Origin: a virus
Lineage: Duplodnaviria; Caudoviricetes
DNA: 28,816 nt
Strand: one strand, 5' to 3'
Virus record (IMG/VR): IMGVR_UViG_3300032212_000117
Location: 1-28,816 of that record
The stretch's first letter is position 1, and each line of letters opens with the position of its first letter. A program made the translations under genes and the position numbers. This document shows, piece after piece, positions 17,101 through 25,139 of the stretch. A model generated the notes under the pieces. That model searched no databases. It saw nothing but the letters and a program-made list of their open reading frames with translations, and had not been told where the DNA came from.

Positions 17101-20100
17101 TGTGGTGATCGCGATCGAGAACGGGATTGACGTTGAGTTCACCGCTGACGGAATGCACGCAAACCGTGATAGCGCACCAACGCCTGAAGATATTGCGAAG
17201 GGTGCGCGGGTCATGGCGATGTCCACGGCAGCGCTTCAAGAATGGATGCTGCGCAATGACAGTCCCTTTGTCGGCTTCACGGGCGCGACTGAGGCGCATA
17301 ACCGACTTTACGAGAGTATGCTCGGGCGCTTTGATTTTGATGGCTATTTAGGGTATAAGACTCACGACTATCGCGCGATGCTGAATGTCGAGGCGGATGG
17401 GACAAAGATAGCTGACGCTGATCCGTATGATTCAGCGCCTGGCTTCATGATCGTAAAGGACGGGTATCTTGAACAAGCAAAATATTTCCTCAAGTCCCGC
17501 CAAGATGGACTTGCCGCAGACGCCACCGCATTCGGAGAATACGGCGCCGGAATCATTACCAAACGACTCGGCAGCACAGTTCCCCTTGAACGACGTTCTC
17601 GACGAGTGGGAGGCCCGGATAGCGGCGGGAACAGCGACGGACGAGGATCTGGAGTTTCTGGAGATGGGCAAGCTGTTTCTGGAAGCGATGTCGGCCTCAC
17701 CCCAATAAGGCCGCAGCAGCGCGAGCTGTTTCAAAGTGCGCAGCAAAAGGCCAGGCCGTCTGAGGTCGGTGTAGAAATCCCTAACAGCAATGGCCTTGTG
17801 GCGATCCGCACAGATGATCTGGGCTTCACCAATAGTGCTGAGAAGGCCATGTTTGATCCGCCGCCACGCTTCCGTGACGCGCAGAACATGACCAAGGATC
17901 AGTGGCGTAAGTACTTCAAGGAAGCTGGCGCCACCAAGGAAGCGTTTGAGTTCATTATTGAGCCTGCGTTGAAGGATATGTCTGACAAGGGCGACCTGCG
18001 CAAAGCTGATGTGATCAAGGCGGTTCGGGCCAATCGGCCAGACGTTCGCGCAAATGACACGGTGGCAAAAAAGCTGAAGCCGTGGCAGCAGGAGGCCTTA
18101 GACGTTGCTGACGATCCGATCGAACTTGCTCGCCTTGGTAAGCGGGCAGAGAGGTTTGTTCGGGATTATGAGGCAGGGCTCAAGGGAGAGCACAGCTATA
18201 GCGAGTATATCTCTCCAGGCCCCGCCACGGGGTATCGGCAAGAGCTGATTGTGGACCCTAGCGTGAATTACAGTTCCCACAACTGGTCGTCCCGCGGCGT
18301 GCTGGCTCACATCCGCATGACGATTCGCCAGATCGTGACCGGCGAAAAGGTGATGCATGCCGATGAGCTTCAGTCTGACCTGCATCAGGAGGGGGCGCAG
18401 TATGGGTATCGGGGTGACCCAAGCTCGCGCGCAGAGCGTCAGCAGGCGTACATGGATGCGCAGGCGGCGCACAATAGGGCAATTGACAGATGGACTGAGT
18501 GGGCAGAGCGGAAGGGCCTTCCTCAAGAGAACATTGGAAATCCTGACAGGGCGGGCACGTCAGAAATGCTTGACGACACAGGGCGCGAGTTGGTGCGCGA
18601 GTACTTCCGAACGGCTGATGTTCTTTCTCAAGTGGGTGAGGCCACACGCAAGGGCAATCGCCAAGATACAATGCGCCCGCCACGCGCACCCATGAAGGAC
18701 TGGGAGAAGCCCGCCATCCGTCGCATTCTTCAGCGGGCAATGGAGGAGGATGTCGATCTGGTGACGTTCACCAGCTTTGATACGCTGCACAACGCGCTTC
18801 AGACGGCTGACGGTACGCGCAATTTCTATGATGAGCGCCTGCCTAAGCACATCCGCAAGGTGGCCAAGCAATTGGGCGCCAAGGTTGAGCGGGCTGTGCT
18901 GCGTCAAGAGGAGTCCGCCTATTCCGTTCAGCGCATGAAGGATAAGATCACCGCGCTTGAGGAAAGACTAAAGCTGGCCAAGGAGGATGGTAATTTAAAT
19001 TATGGTGATCCCTCCACGATTAGGAGGACCATTCGTGGGCTAAAGCATCAGATCAGGCGCTCCGAGCAGGGCGGTGACGCTGTCCTTGCCATCCGCCTCA
19101 CCCCAGAGGCCAAGCAGAAGCTGCAGACCGAAGGCAATGTGCTGTTTCAATCAAACGACATCCATGACGGTTTTTATTCCGCGCTAGAGCGCAAGGTTTC
19201 TGAGATCAAAATGGATCGCGCTCCGGTCGATCAATGGATTTCGACGATTGAGAACCTGAAGGGCATCAAAAAAGAAGAGCTCGAATGGACGGGCATTCTG
19301 GATATGCTGCGCGCTCGCAAAGAAGAACACGATGCTGCCGGACGCAATCAGGCGCTTGTATTCGAGAAGGCGGATATTGTCAGCGCGATCCAGCAAAAAG
19401 GCGTCAAGATTGAAACGATCGAGGCGACCGAAGATGGCAGCGATGAGGGTGTAACTTTTGGGGCATCTGAGGTTTGGGAAGATCCCGAAGCTTGGGAATG
19501 GCGCATTGATGACGAAGTGGATTGGATTGCTGAGAGCGAGGGTGAAAGCATCCGTGAAGAGGCCACACGCGAAGTCGCTGCTGATGATCAGCAATATATT
19601 GAAGACGCCATAGGCGAAGACGCCAGCGAAGAGGCGGTGTTGGAGTATGCTCGACAGGAGTTTGCAGACGAAATTGAGCAGAAATATCAGGACATTCTTC
19701 GCGAGCGCGCTGAAGAATCAGCCAAAGCCAGTTACTACGATGACCCGACTTACATCATCCCGATAAAAGATGGCGAAGGCGACCAGATTGGAATGCTGCT
19801 CGGCAACGACAACTCGGGCTGGGATGTTCGCGCGTCCATGCATTATCGCGATGTCGTGCGCAATGACATCTGGTCTCAAGCAGAGGCCGAGGTTCAAGCG
19901 CGTGAATGGGCCGCAGAAGAAGGTTATGCGGGCGGTGAGGTTGGTCGCGGCCAACGTGCGCAGTGGATGGATTATGTCACTGACGGGCCGTACGAGAATT
20001 ATCGCGAGTTCAAGATCACGCTTCCAGAAGTGCCGGGCGAGTTTGTCGAGGAGTCTCACTTCACTGACCCGAATATCGTGGCTTGGGGGCGAACGACTGA

Positions 20101-23100
20101 TCGAGACTTGATCGTAAACCAGCACGACAACTTAGACGCGCGCGTCAAGGAGATTGCGGAAACCCTGACGGAGGATGCAAGCTTTGACATCCGGCGTACG
20201 AAAGCTGGGATTGAGCAATCTACGGCTTTGATTGAGCGCGGGCGAAAAGAGTTAGAGGCTCTGAAAAATAACGAGCGAGCTCATCCCAGTGAGAAATATA
20301 GCGTACAGGATGAGGTCGATCGCTATATCCGCAATCGGGCCGAGCATGAGCAAGACCTGATCAGACAGCGCGCAAATTGGGATAGTCGCGGGCGTGATCA
20401 ACATGCCCTCCAAATGGCTCTGCGTGAGCAAGAGGTTTCTGCTTTTTATATCGATGAGGCCCAATCCGACTGGCATCAGCAGGGACGGCAGGGGATTTAC
20501 GATACGCCGGAGGAGCGTGCTCGCCGCGATGAAATGGAAGATGACTTGCAGAGCAAGCTTGGCTCTCTTTCCACTGAAATAAATGAGTTTGGCAGGCGCT
20601 ACAGCGAATTACGTGAAAAGCTGTTCGACGGGGGTTCGGTCTCTCCCAAGGGCCATGATGTGTCAGAAGATTATAAACAAATAGCAAGTGAGAACCAAAA
20701 CCGGTATCGCATTGGCCTGAAAAAGCTGGGCGTTGAACTCAATCCAAACTATCCGAATGCGATGGAGGAGTTCGCCAAGATGGTGGACTCTGTCGCGCAC
20801 GGAGTTAATGATTTCAACACGGTTTTTCCAGACGCAGAGAGTGACGGTCTGATCCGTGAGATGGTGACCATCGCCACAGAGCAATACAAGCGACGGTCAG
20901 AAAGGCGGGCGCTGGAGCTTCAGCTCGACAAAGTTCGGGGAGCCCGTGCTGTCCCCAACGCTCCCTTTAAGGGCGACGCCTGGATCAATCTCCTCATGAA
21001 GAAGATGATCCTCCAAGCCGTTGGCGAGGGCAAAGACGCAATTGCGTGGGCAGATGCGCAGGTTGTCAAAGATCGATGGTCTGGCCGCTATGCCGAGCTG
21101 TACGAGAACATGTACGACAAGAAGATGGTCAAGGCCGCTCAAAAGCTGGTTGGTGCCAAGGCGAAGCACATGGACCTTGATGGCGGCGAAAAGAAAAGCC
21201 AGCAGAAACGCACAGATATGTACGTTCAGGCTTATGACCGATTGACGGACGAGGGAGATGTGCTCCGAATCGCGCTGGAGGAAAACAATACGGACGCCGT
21301 GCAAGCCATAGCGCGTGATGTAAGCTCTATTGTCACTAATGAGTCTGTCAGCGGTCAAGACTTGCGAATTGGCCGAGAGCTGAATGAAGAATTGTTCGCG
21401 TGGGTCCGGTCGGGCGGTTGGTCCGAAAGCCAAGGCTACTGGATCATTGAGCTGACCCCGGAAATGCGTGGACGGATCAAGCGCGAGGGCTTTCCGCTTT
21501 TCCAGGGACAAGACAAACAGCCTCGCGCCTCAGTCTTAATACCTGGCGGCGGCGTCCTCACTGACCAGAACGTCATCGTCAATCTGCTCAAGAAAAAAGA
21601 CCGCACGAGCTTCATGCACGAAAGCGCTCATATTTTTCTTGAGCTATATGCGGCGCTTGAAAGCGAAAATGAGGCGATTGCTGAGCGCATGGCCGCTATT
21701 CGCAAATGGCTGAAGATTGAGCCGGGCGAAAAGATTACCCGCGATCAGCACGAGAAATTTGCAGAGAGCTTTGAGGCTTACCTGATGGAGGGCGTGGCTC
21801 CGAGCGCTGAATTGCGCAGTGTGTTCCATTCCTTCCGGCAGTGGTTTGTGGATGTATATCGCCGGCTTCGCGGTCAGCTTCGCAATCTGGAGCCTGAAGC
21901 ACGCGACATCTTCGATCGTATGCTTGCCTCAGATGCCGAGATTGAAATGGCGCAGGGCCAGTATGTCGGCACGCTCTCGAATGTCATGGCGGGTTTGATG
22001 AAACCCGAACAGGTCGAGAAGTATCAGAAGCACGCCCGTAAGGCGGGCAATGTGGCCCGTGACAGGCTTTTCAAGAAGCACATGGAAGAGGTTAAGCGCC
22101 GGGAGCGTAAGGCCTACCAGGAGGAACAGGGCCGCGTTGAAGACATGGTTCGCGCCCAAATGGCTGAGTGGCCAGAGTATAAGGCGCTTACCGCGTTTGG
22201 TGAGGGTGGCCGGTCTCTCGATGTCGCGGAATCGCCTGAGAGCACAAAGCTGAACACGTCAGAGAATGGCGAGCACCCAGAGATTGTGGCGCCTGAAATG
22301 GGCTTCCTGTCAGCTGACGAGATGTTCAAGGCGGTTGCAAAGGTTCCAAGCCCAGAGGTTTTGATCCGTGAATCGGTCAAGAAGATCATGGGTGACCGCT
22401 ATGGCGACATGCTTCGTGATGGGACGATTGAGGCGGAAGCGATGGAAGCCGTGTTCAATGAGCCCACAATTCGCATGATGGAGGCTGAGCGCAATGCGCT
22501 GGCTGAAAAGGGGTCAGCTCAACCCATTCCTCTGATTGCCATTCGGCACGAAGCAGATCGGCTCATCAGCTCGATGCCGATCGATCAAGTCATCAAGCCT
22601 GGTAGATACGCGATTAAAGCGCGTGACCTGCACAAGAAATCGCTTCGCGCGGCTGCCAGGGGCAAGTGGGATGATGCGCTACGCTATACGCATCAGGCGA
22701 TGCTTCAGCACGAATTGGCGCGCAGAGCCTTCAAGGCGCGGGATGAGATTGAAAAGGCCAACCGCTATCTCGCCAAATTCGCGCCAAACCGAAAGCTGGA
22801 TCCGAAGAAGATCAATCCTGATCATATCGCAAAAATTCGCATTCTAATGGCGATGCCGGGCGCAGCTGACCAAGCAGAGGCGCGTAAGGAGCTTCAGGAC
22901 TTCGCTGAGAAGCAGGCTGAGCAAGGGCTGCCAATTGTCCTGCCGTTCGATGTGGCGCAAGACCGTGATCTTCCGCTGCGACGCCGCATGACAATGGAGC
23001 AGTTTCGTGAGTTTCGAGACAGCATCAAAAACCTGAATACGGTTGGTAGGCAGCAAAGCGCCATCGCTCTGGCAGAGTTCAATGATGAGGCACAGGCGCT

Positions 23101-25099
23101 CGCAGACGAGATCGATGCCAACTTCAAGGGCAAGCGCATCAGAGAGACGCGCAATCCTACCCGCACGGAGCGCGCATCCCGCATTGGACGCCAGATTGAT
23201 GCAACCATCATTCGGTGGCCTTTCCTGGTTGAATCACTTCAGGGCGGCAAGGTCGGGAAGATCGTTGAGGCGTTCGACACACGCCTGAGACAGGCCCTGA
23301 CGAACCGGAATGCCCGTCGCCAGAAGATGGCCGATGAGTTGGCTGCGATCTTCAAAAAGCATGGCATCAGCCAGAACGAGCTGAATAGTCGGGTTTCCGC
23401 ACCAGCGATTGAGGCAGGAGCCGTCAAATTCGAGCAGATCATGGCTATTGCGCTCAATATGGGCACTGAACAGAACCGGGACCGCCTTGCCGCTGATCCG
23501 TCAATGCTGGGCGATATGACTGCGATCGAGGCAATGCTTGCCGAGCACCTTGAGCAGCGTCACTGGGATGCAGCGCAGGAAGTCTGGGATCTGATCAATA
23601 CGCTTTGGCCAGACGCGAGTGCGGTTGAGCGCACCGCAACAGGCGTCACGCCCAAAAAGGTCGAGGCATCATCTGTTCAAACAAAGTTCGGCGCTTACCG
23701 AGGCGGCTACTATCCGCTGAAATACGACCGGGCGTTTTTGACGAATAATGACCTTCAGAAGAAGGATGAGATTGAAGAGTGGAAGAACGGCGTCAACGGC
23801 ATGGCAACCCGTGCATCGACGCGTCAGGGGTTCCTGAAAGAGCGTCAGCAGAATGTTGAGCGCCCTCTTGATCTGAGTTTGGGTGTCATCCTCTCGCACA
23901 TCGATGATGTGACCAATGACATCTACATGCGGGAGCCCGCATCTTACGTCTCACGGATGCTGAACAAGAACCGCATTCGCAAGGCGATCAAGGAGACGCA
24001 GGGCGAAGAGTATTTGAAGACGCTCGAAACCATCCTGAAGCGCACGGTGACGGGTACGGAGCAGCCCGATACAGCGTTTGAGAAGTTTCTGCAGACACTG
24101 CGCATAAACGCCTCAGTCGCCATCCTAGGCGGCAATGTGGTGACGGCTGGTCTGGCTCCGATCTCGTATTTCCAGACGGTCATTCCGCAATATGGGTTCA
24201 AGACCGTTTTTGCTGGCATCGCTGAATATTACGCCAACCCGATCAAGAATGCGAAACTGATTGTCGAGAAGTCTGCTTTCATGCGTGAGCGGCAGGATAC
24301 ACTGACCCGTGAGGCTCATGAGTTAATCCGAAGATCTGCCGGCCAAAGCCGTTTCGCTAAAGTGCAGGGAGCCGGATATTGGATGATGGCCATTGCCGAG
24401 AAGCATTCAGTCTCAGGCCCGCTCTGGATTGGGGTATACAATCAAGCGAAGTCTGAAGGCTCAAGCGAGGCGGATGCAATCACTGCGGCTGATCGTGCCG
24501 TATCGACCACGCAGGGATCTGGCCTTGAGATCGACCAGTCTGTCATGCAGGGCGGCAACGAGGGTCTAAGACTGCTCTCGTTCATGTGGGGCTATGTCTC
24601 GGGCTATTATGGCACGGTGCGAAATGACGTTGTGAGCGAGCAAGGGCTCAAGAAACTGATGCCGCTCGTCAAGCACATGGTCTTCCTGAACCTGGTTGCC
24701 TCTATGCTTGAGGCCCTGATCCGAGGCGGTTTCGGAGATGAAGAAGATCCCTATGTCGTTGCGGTCTGGCAGATGATGATGCGCAACACGTTTGGTTTGA
24801 TCCCCGGCGTGTCGAGCGCGGTCAGCAAGTATGACAGCGGTCCTGCTGCCTTTCAGGTTGGAACGAGCATCACACGCGCCACGGAAAATTGGGCTAAGGC
24901 CGGAACGCAGATCTACGAAGAAGGCGAGGCCGAGGGCGAGACCGTCCGGCGTGCGACGCTTGAGACGCTTAAAGCTGGCGGGTTCCTTTTCGGTGTTCCC
25001 GGCACGGTCCAGGCCATGAAAGCCGAAAAGACGTTTGCGGAAGATGACGATCCGACACTGTATGAGGCGATCGTTTCGGGTCCAGATGACGACAACTAA
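14108..25099 (+). CDS. Giant polyvalent ejection protein (gp16 position, 3663 aa): LPD22-like N-terminus, cargo array (ART-like, GNAT-like, duplicated DExQSD modules), HExxH metallopeptidase, helical/hydrophobic C-terminus
   Basis: Uninterrupted ORF at the position of the last ejection gene; YHGT (16415), HESAH (21617) plus HEKFA (21749), internal duplication, and hydrophobic helices near both ends. Confidence 0.88.
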   Translation: MTPEQIIEQEKARSGAGGVEMAPTPDTIIAREKERLANSASGSFYTMRETQPERASKVISLSDRLGAERDFVDRNLETMEEAAAEDERRSLLAQFPKVAQFFSDPYRAAEAKDSVSNFAEIEKAFAARQKASRPKGWLEAPFSQTGDLARSAAGEFVNMFGMGVRGAGDLTGAYVNTMRGGANMVPGLREGLAELDRVEAEIAPEAKNFAPQNYLRTAGGGVSELGEIIKPKDMGFEDKVAGALGQIVGAVITTVAGGPGASAGLFMGMGADQQGQAMRNAGLNPDEMLPELVAGAGITGLSEQLRLGSIMRIMPKEARQKVVSKMLARVAGQAGEEAVQESVEGILQNVMTTTYDADASVFDGIAEQATTAGAAAAIFQTLVEVALPGKQRGVRAETNAQELMDIREAIEQTPVFQRSRESIEAFLQQAGEGETILLHSEDLVELYQSAPQEFLQRMDEVGLTEDDISRAMDGHDIEVEAAKILSVSEGFEDWVKIAKADGETPTLRELERSVEDSDAMGAVDFTEAFERIAKQDEALEGFERVQSAVTEQLVTAGRGQAEAEAAGVVWGAMFRQLAEAGVDEGAVFDRLGLRINEPAAPRLPKPQEPQSLHSFIRELGGIRESFGEDQSGHLRGEVDARLGERVPGLINNASGVTLDEIFRAATEEGGFEIRDEQDLLDLLDQDLSGNRVYPVGEAEVYSAELDAYEAQFEKPDGEVMDQAAEAGYEGSDRGEASEWLAASQKGLDMSQEARMARAREMGFDTEQVLYHGTGADFQEFLRVPPARSTSADSARAGVWMTDSAQEAAEYGELAAQNLKTNVLQQRINQAERRGDWDEVNKLTQEWEASDAAGFDGEMVLPLVSRGSLRVVDLGGKKFSEAGNEIWQAINAAQKEGVAGVRFTNIVDPVSSAVPTEPTTHTLIFDPSNIRSVNAAFDPNASESANLLAQNPPRSLFAAMKMDPQDRADWYDRIVDERKVGTKTILTLKADTRNLIDDDVVIAIENGIDVEFTADGMHANRDSAPTPEDIAKGARVMAMSTAALQEWMLRNDSPFVGFTGATEAHNRLYESMLGRFDFDGYLGYKTHDYRAMLNVEADGTKIADADPYDSAPGFMIVKDGYLEQAKYFLKSRQDGLAADATAFGEYGAGIITKRLGSTVPLERRSRRVGGPDSGGNSDGRGSGVSGDGQAVSGSDVGLTPIRPQQRELFQSAQQKARPSEVGVEIPNSNGLVAIRTDDLGFTNSAEKAMFDPPPRFRDAQNMTKDQWRKYFKEAGATKEAFEFIIEPALKDMSDKGDLRKADVIKAVRANRPDVRANDTVAKKLKPWQQEALDVADDPIELARLGKRAERFVRDYEAGLKGEHSYSEYISPGPATGYRQELIVDPSVNYSSHNWSSRGVLAHIRMTIRQIVTGEKVMHADELQSDLHQEGAQYGYRGDPSSRAERQQAYMDAQAAHNRAIDRWTEWAERKGLPQENIGNPDRAGTSEMLDDTGRELVREYFRTADVLSQVGEATRKGNRQDTMRPPRAPMKDWEKPAIRRILQRAMEEDVDLVTFTSFDTLHNALQTADGTRNFYDERLPKHIRKVAKQLGAKVERAVLRQEESAYSVQRMKDKITALEERLKLAKEDGNLNYGDPSTIRRTIRGLKHQIRRSEQGGDAVLAIRLTPEAKQKLQTEGNVLFQSNDIHDGFYSALERKVSEIKMDRAPVDQWISTIENLKGIKKEELEWTGILDMLRARKEEHDAAGRNQALVFEKADIVSAIQQKGVKIETIEATEDGSDEGVTFGASEVWEDPEAWEWRIDDEVDWIAESEGESIREEATREVAADDQQYIEDAIGEDASEEAVLEYARQEFADEIEQKYQDILRERAEESAKASYYDDPTYIIPIKDGEGDQIGMLLGNDNSGWDVRASMHYRDVVRNDIWSQAEAEVQAREWAAEEGYAGGEVGRGQRAQWMDYVTDGPYENYREFKITLPEVPGEFVEESHFTDPNIVAWGRTTDRDLIVNQHDNLDARVKEIAETLTEDASFDIRRTKAGIEQSTALIERGRKELEALKNNERAHPSEKYSVQDEVDRYIRNRAEHEQDLIRQRANWDSRGRDQHALQMALREQEVSAFYIDEAQSDWHQQGRQGIYDTPEERARRDEMEDDLQSKLGSLSTEINEFGRRYSELREKLFDGGSVSPKGHDVSEDYKQIASENQNRYRIGLKKLGVELNPNYPNAMEEFAKMVDSVAHGVNDFNTVFPDAESDGLIREMVTIATEQYKRRSERRALELQLDKVRGARAVPNAPFKGDAWINLLMKKMILQAVGEGKDAIAWADAQVVKDRWSGRYAELYENMYDKKMVKAAQKLVGAKAKHMDLDGGEKKSQQKRTDMYVQAYDRLTDEGDVLRIALEENNTDAVQAIARDVSSIVTNESVSGQDLRIGRELNEELFAWVRSGGWSESQGYWIIELTPEMRGRIKREGFPLFQGQDKQPRASVLIPGGGVLTDQNVIVNLLKKKDRTSFMHESAHIFLELYAALESENEAIAERMAAIRKWLKIEPGEKITRDQHEKFAESFEAYLMEGVAPSAELRSVFHSFRQWFVDVYRRLRGQLRNLEPEARDIFDRMLASDAEIEMAQGQYVGTLSNVMAGLMKPEQVEKYQKHARKAGNVARDRLFKKHMEEVKRRERKAYQEEQGRVEDMVRAQMAEWPEYKALTAFGEGGRSLDVAESPESTKLNTSENGEHPEIVAPEMGFLSADEMFKAVAKVPSPEVLIRESVKKIMGDRYGDMLRDGTIEAEAMEAVFNEPTIRMMEAERNALAEKGSAQPIPLIAIRHEADRLISSMPIDQVIKPGRYAIKARDLHKKSLRAAARGKWDDALRYTHQAMLQHELARRAFKARDEIEKANRYLAKFAPNRKLDPKKINPDHIAKIRILMAMPGAADQAEARKELQDFAEKQAEQGLPIVLPFDVAQDRDLPLRRRMTMEQFREFRDSIKNLNTVGRQQSAIALAEFNDEAQALADEIDANFKGKRIRETRNPTRTERASRIGRQIDATIIRWPFLVESLQGGKVGKIVEAFDTRLRQALTNRNARRQKMADELAAIFKKHGISQNELNSRVSAPAIEAGAVKFEQIMAIALNMGTEQNRDRLAADPSMLGDMTAIEAMLAEHLEQRHWDAAQEVWDLINTLWPDASAVERTATGVTPKKVEASSVQTKFGAYRGGYYPLKYDRAFLTNNDLQKKDEIEEWKNGVNGMATRASTRQGFLKERQQNVERPLDLSLGVILSHIDDVTNDIYMREPASYVSRMLNKNRIRKAIKETQGEEYLKTLETILKRTVTGTEQPDTAFEKFLQTLRINASVAILGGNVVTAGLAPISYFQTVIPQYGFKTVFAGIAEYYANPIKNAKLIVEKSAFMRERQDTLTREAHELIRRSAGQSRFAKVQGAGYWMMAIAEKHSVSGPLWIGVYNQAKSEGSSEADAITAADRAVSTTQGSGLEIDQSVMQGGNEGLRLLSFMWGYVSGYYGTVRNDVVSEQGLKKLMPLVKHMVFLNLVASMLEALIRGGFGDEEDPYVVAVWQMMMRNTFGLIPGVSSAVSKYDSGPAAFQVGTSITRATENWAKAGTQIYEEGEAEGETVRRATLETLKAGGFLFGVPGTVQAMKAEKTFAEDDDPTLYEAIVSGPDDDN
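16274..16954 (+). other. ADP-ribosyltransferase-like domain (ART-PolyVal type) within the giant protein
   Basis: LYHGT...F..F, GVWMTDS...A.EYG, GVRFTN and IFDPSNIRSVNAAFDP follow the motif order of this family. Confidence 0.75.
17469..17708 (+). CDS. Putative nested gene (79 aa, acidic, helical C-terminus) in the +1 frame inside the giant gene
   Basis: AAAGGA 8 nt before a TTG start; protein-like C-terminus LNDVLDEWEARIAAGTATDEDLEFLEMGKLFLEAM; the host frame here degenerates into an R/G/S low-complexity stretch. Confidence 0.6.
   Translation: MNKQNISSSPAKMDLPQTPPHSENTAPESLPNDSAAQFPLNDVLDEWEARIAAGTATDEDLEFLEMGKLFLEAMSASPQ
17735..21505 (+). repeat. Two diverged tandem copies of one protein module (17735-19150 and 19151-21505)
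   Basis: Collinear motif pairs: GFTNSAE/GFYSALE, DQW/DQW, KADV/KADI, GP...YR/GP...YR, DELQSDLHQEG/DEAQSDWHQQG, PRAPMK/PNAPFK, LTPE...EG..LFQ in both. Confidence 0.85.
21506..21930 (+). other. Zincin-like metallopeptidase domain within the giant protein
   Basis: DRTSFMHESAHIFLE (HExxH at 21617-21631) and downstream HEKFAESFEAYLMEG supplying a candidate third Zn ligand. Confidence 0.8.
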
Positions 25100-25132
25100 A
25101 AAGAAAACCCCCGGAACCGAAGTTCGCGGGGG
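25098..25132 (-). terminator. Rho-independent terminator for the minus-strand gene, between convergent genes
   Basis: CCCCCGGAAC-CGAA-GTTCGCGGGGG hairpin (25108-25132) with an A-tract at 25098-25107, which is a U-tract on the minus strand. Confidence 0.8.
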
Positions 25133-25139
25133 CTTGAGA

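Noticed and set aside
16062-21245. Other +1-frame ORFs inside the giant gene (16062, 17127, 18357, 19770, 20394, 21021) as further nested genes
   Set aside because: They are Arg/Ser/Cys-rich shadow translations over regions where the main frame is clearly domain-coding. An AGGAGG near 19022 is followed by GTG-GGC-TAA, so it opens no gene.
14108-25099. Giant protein as a virion RNA polymerase (N4- or crAss-like), suggested by its size and by DFDGY at 17333-17347
   Set aside because: DFDGY lacks the third Asp of DFDGD, and no single-subunit polymerase motifs were recognised; the sequence is better explained by cargo modules plus a peptidase.
14108-25099. DarB-like methyltransferase/SNF2 helicase or lytic transglycosylase domains
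   Set aside because: No NPP(Y/F), SAM-binding, DExH or transglycosylase signatures were recognised by eye.
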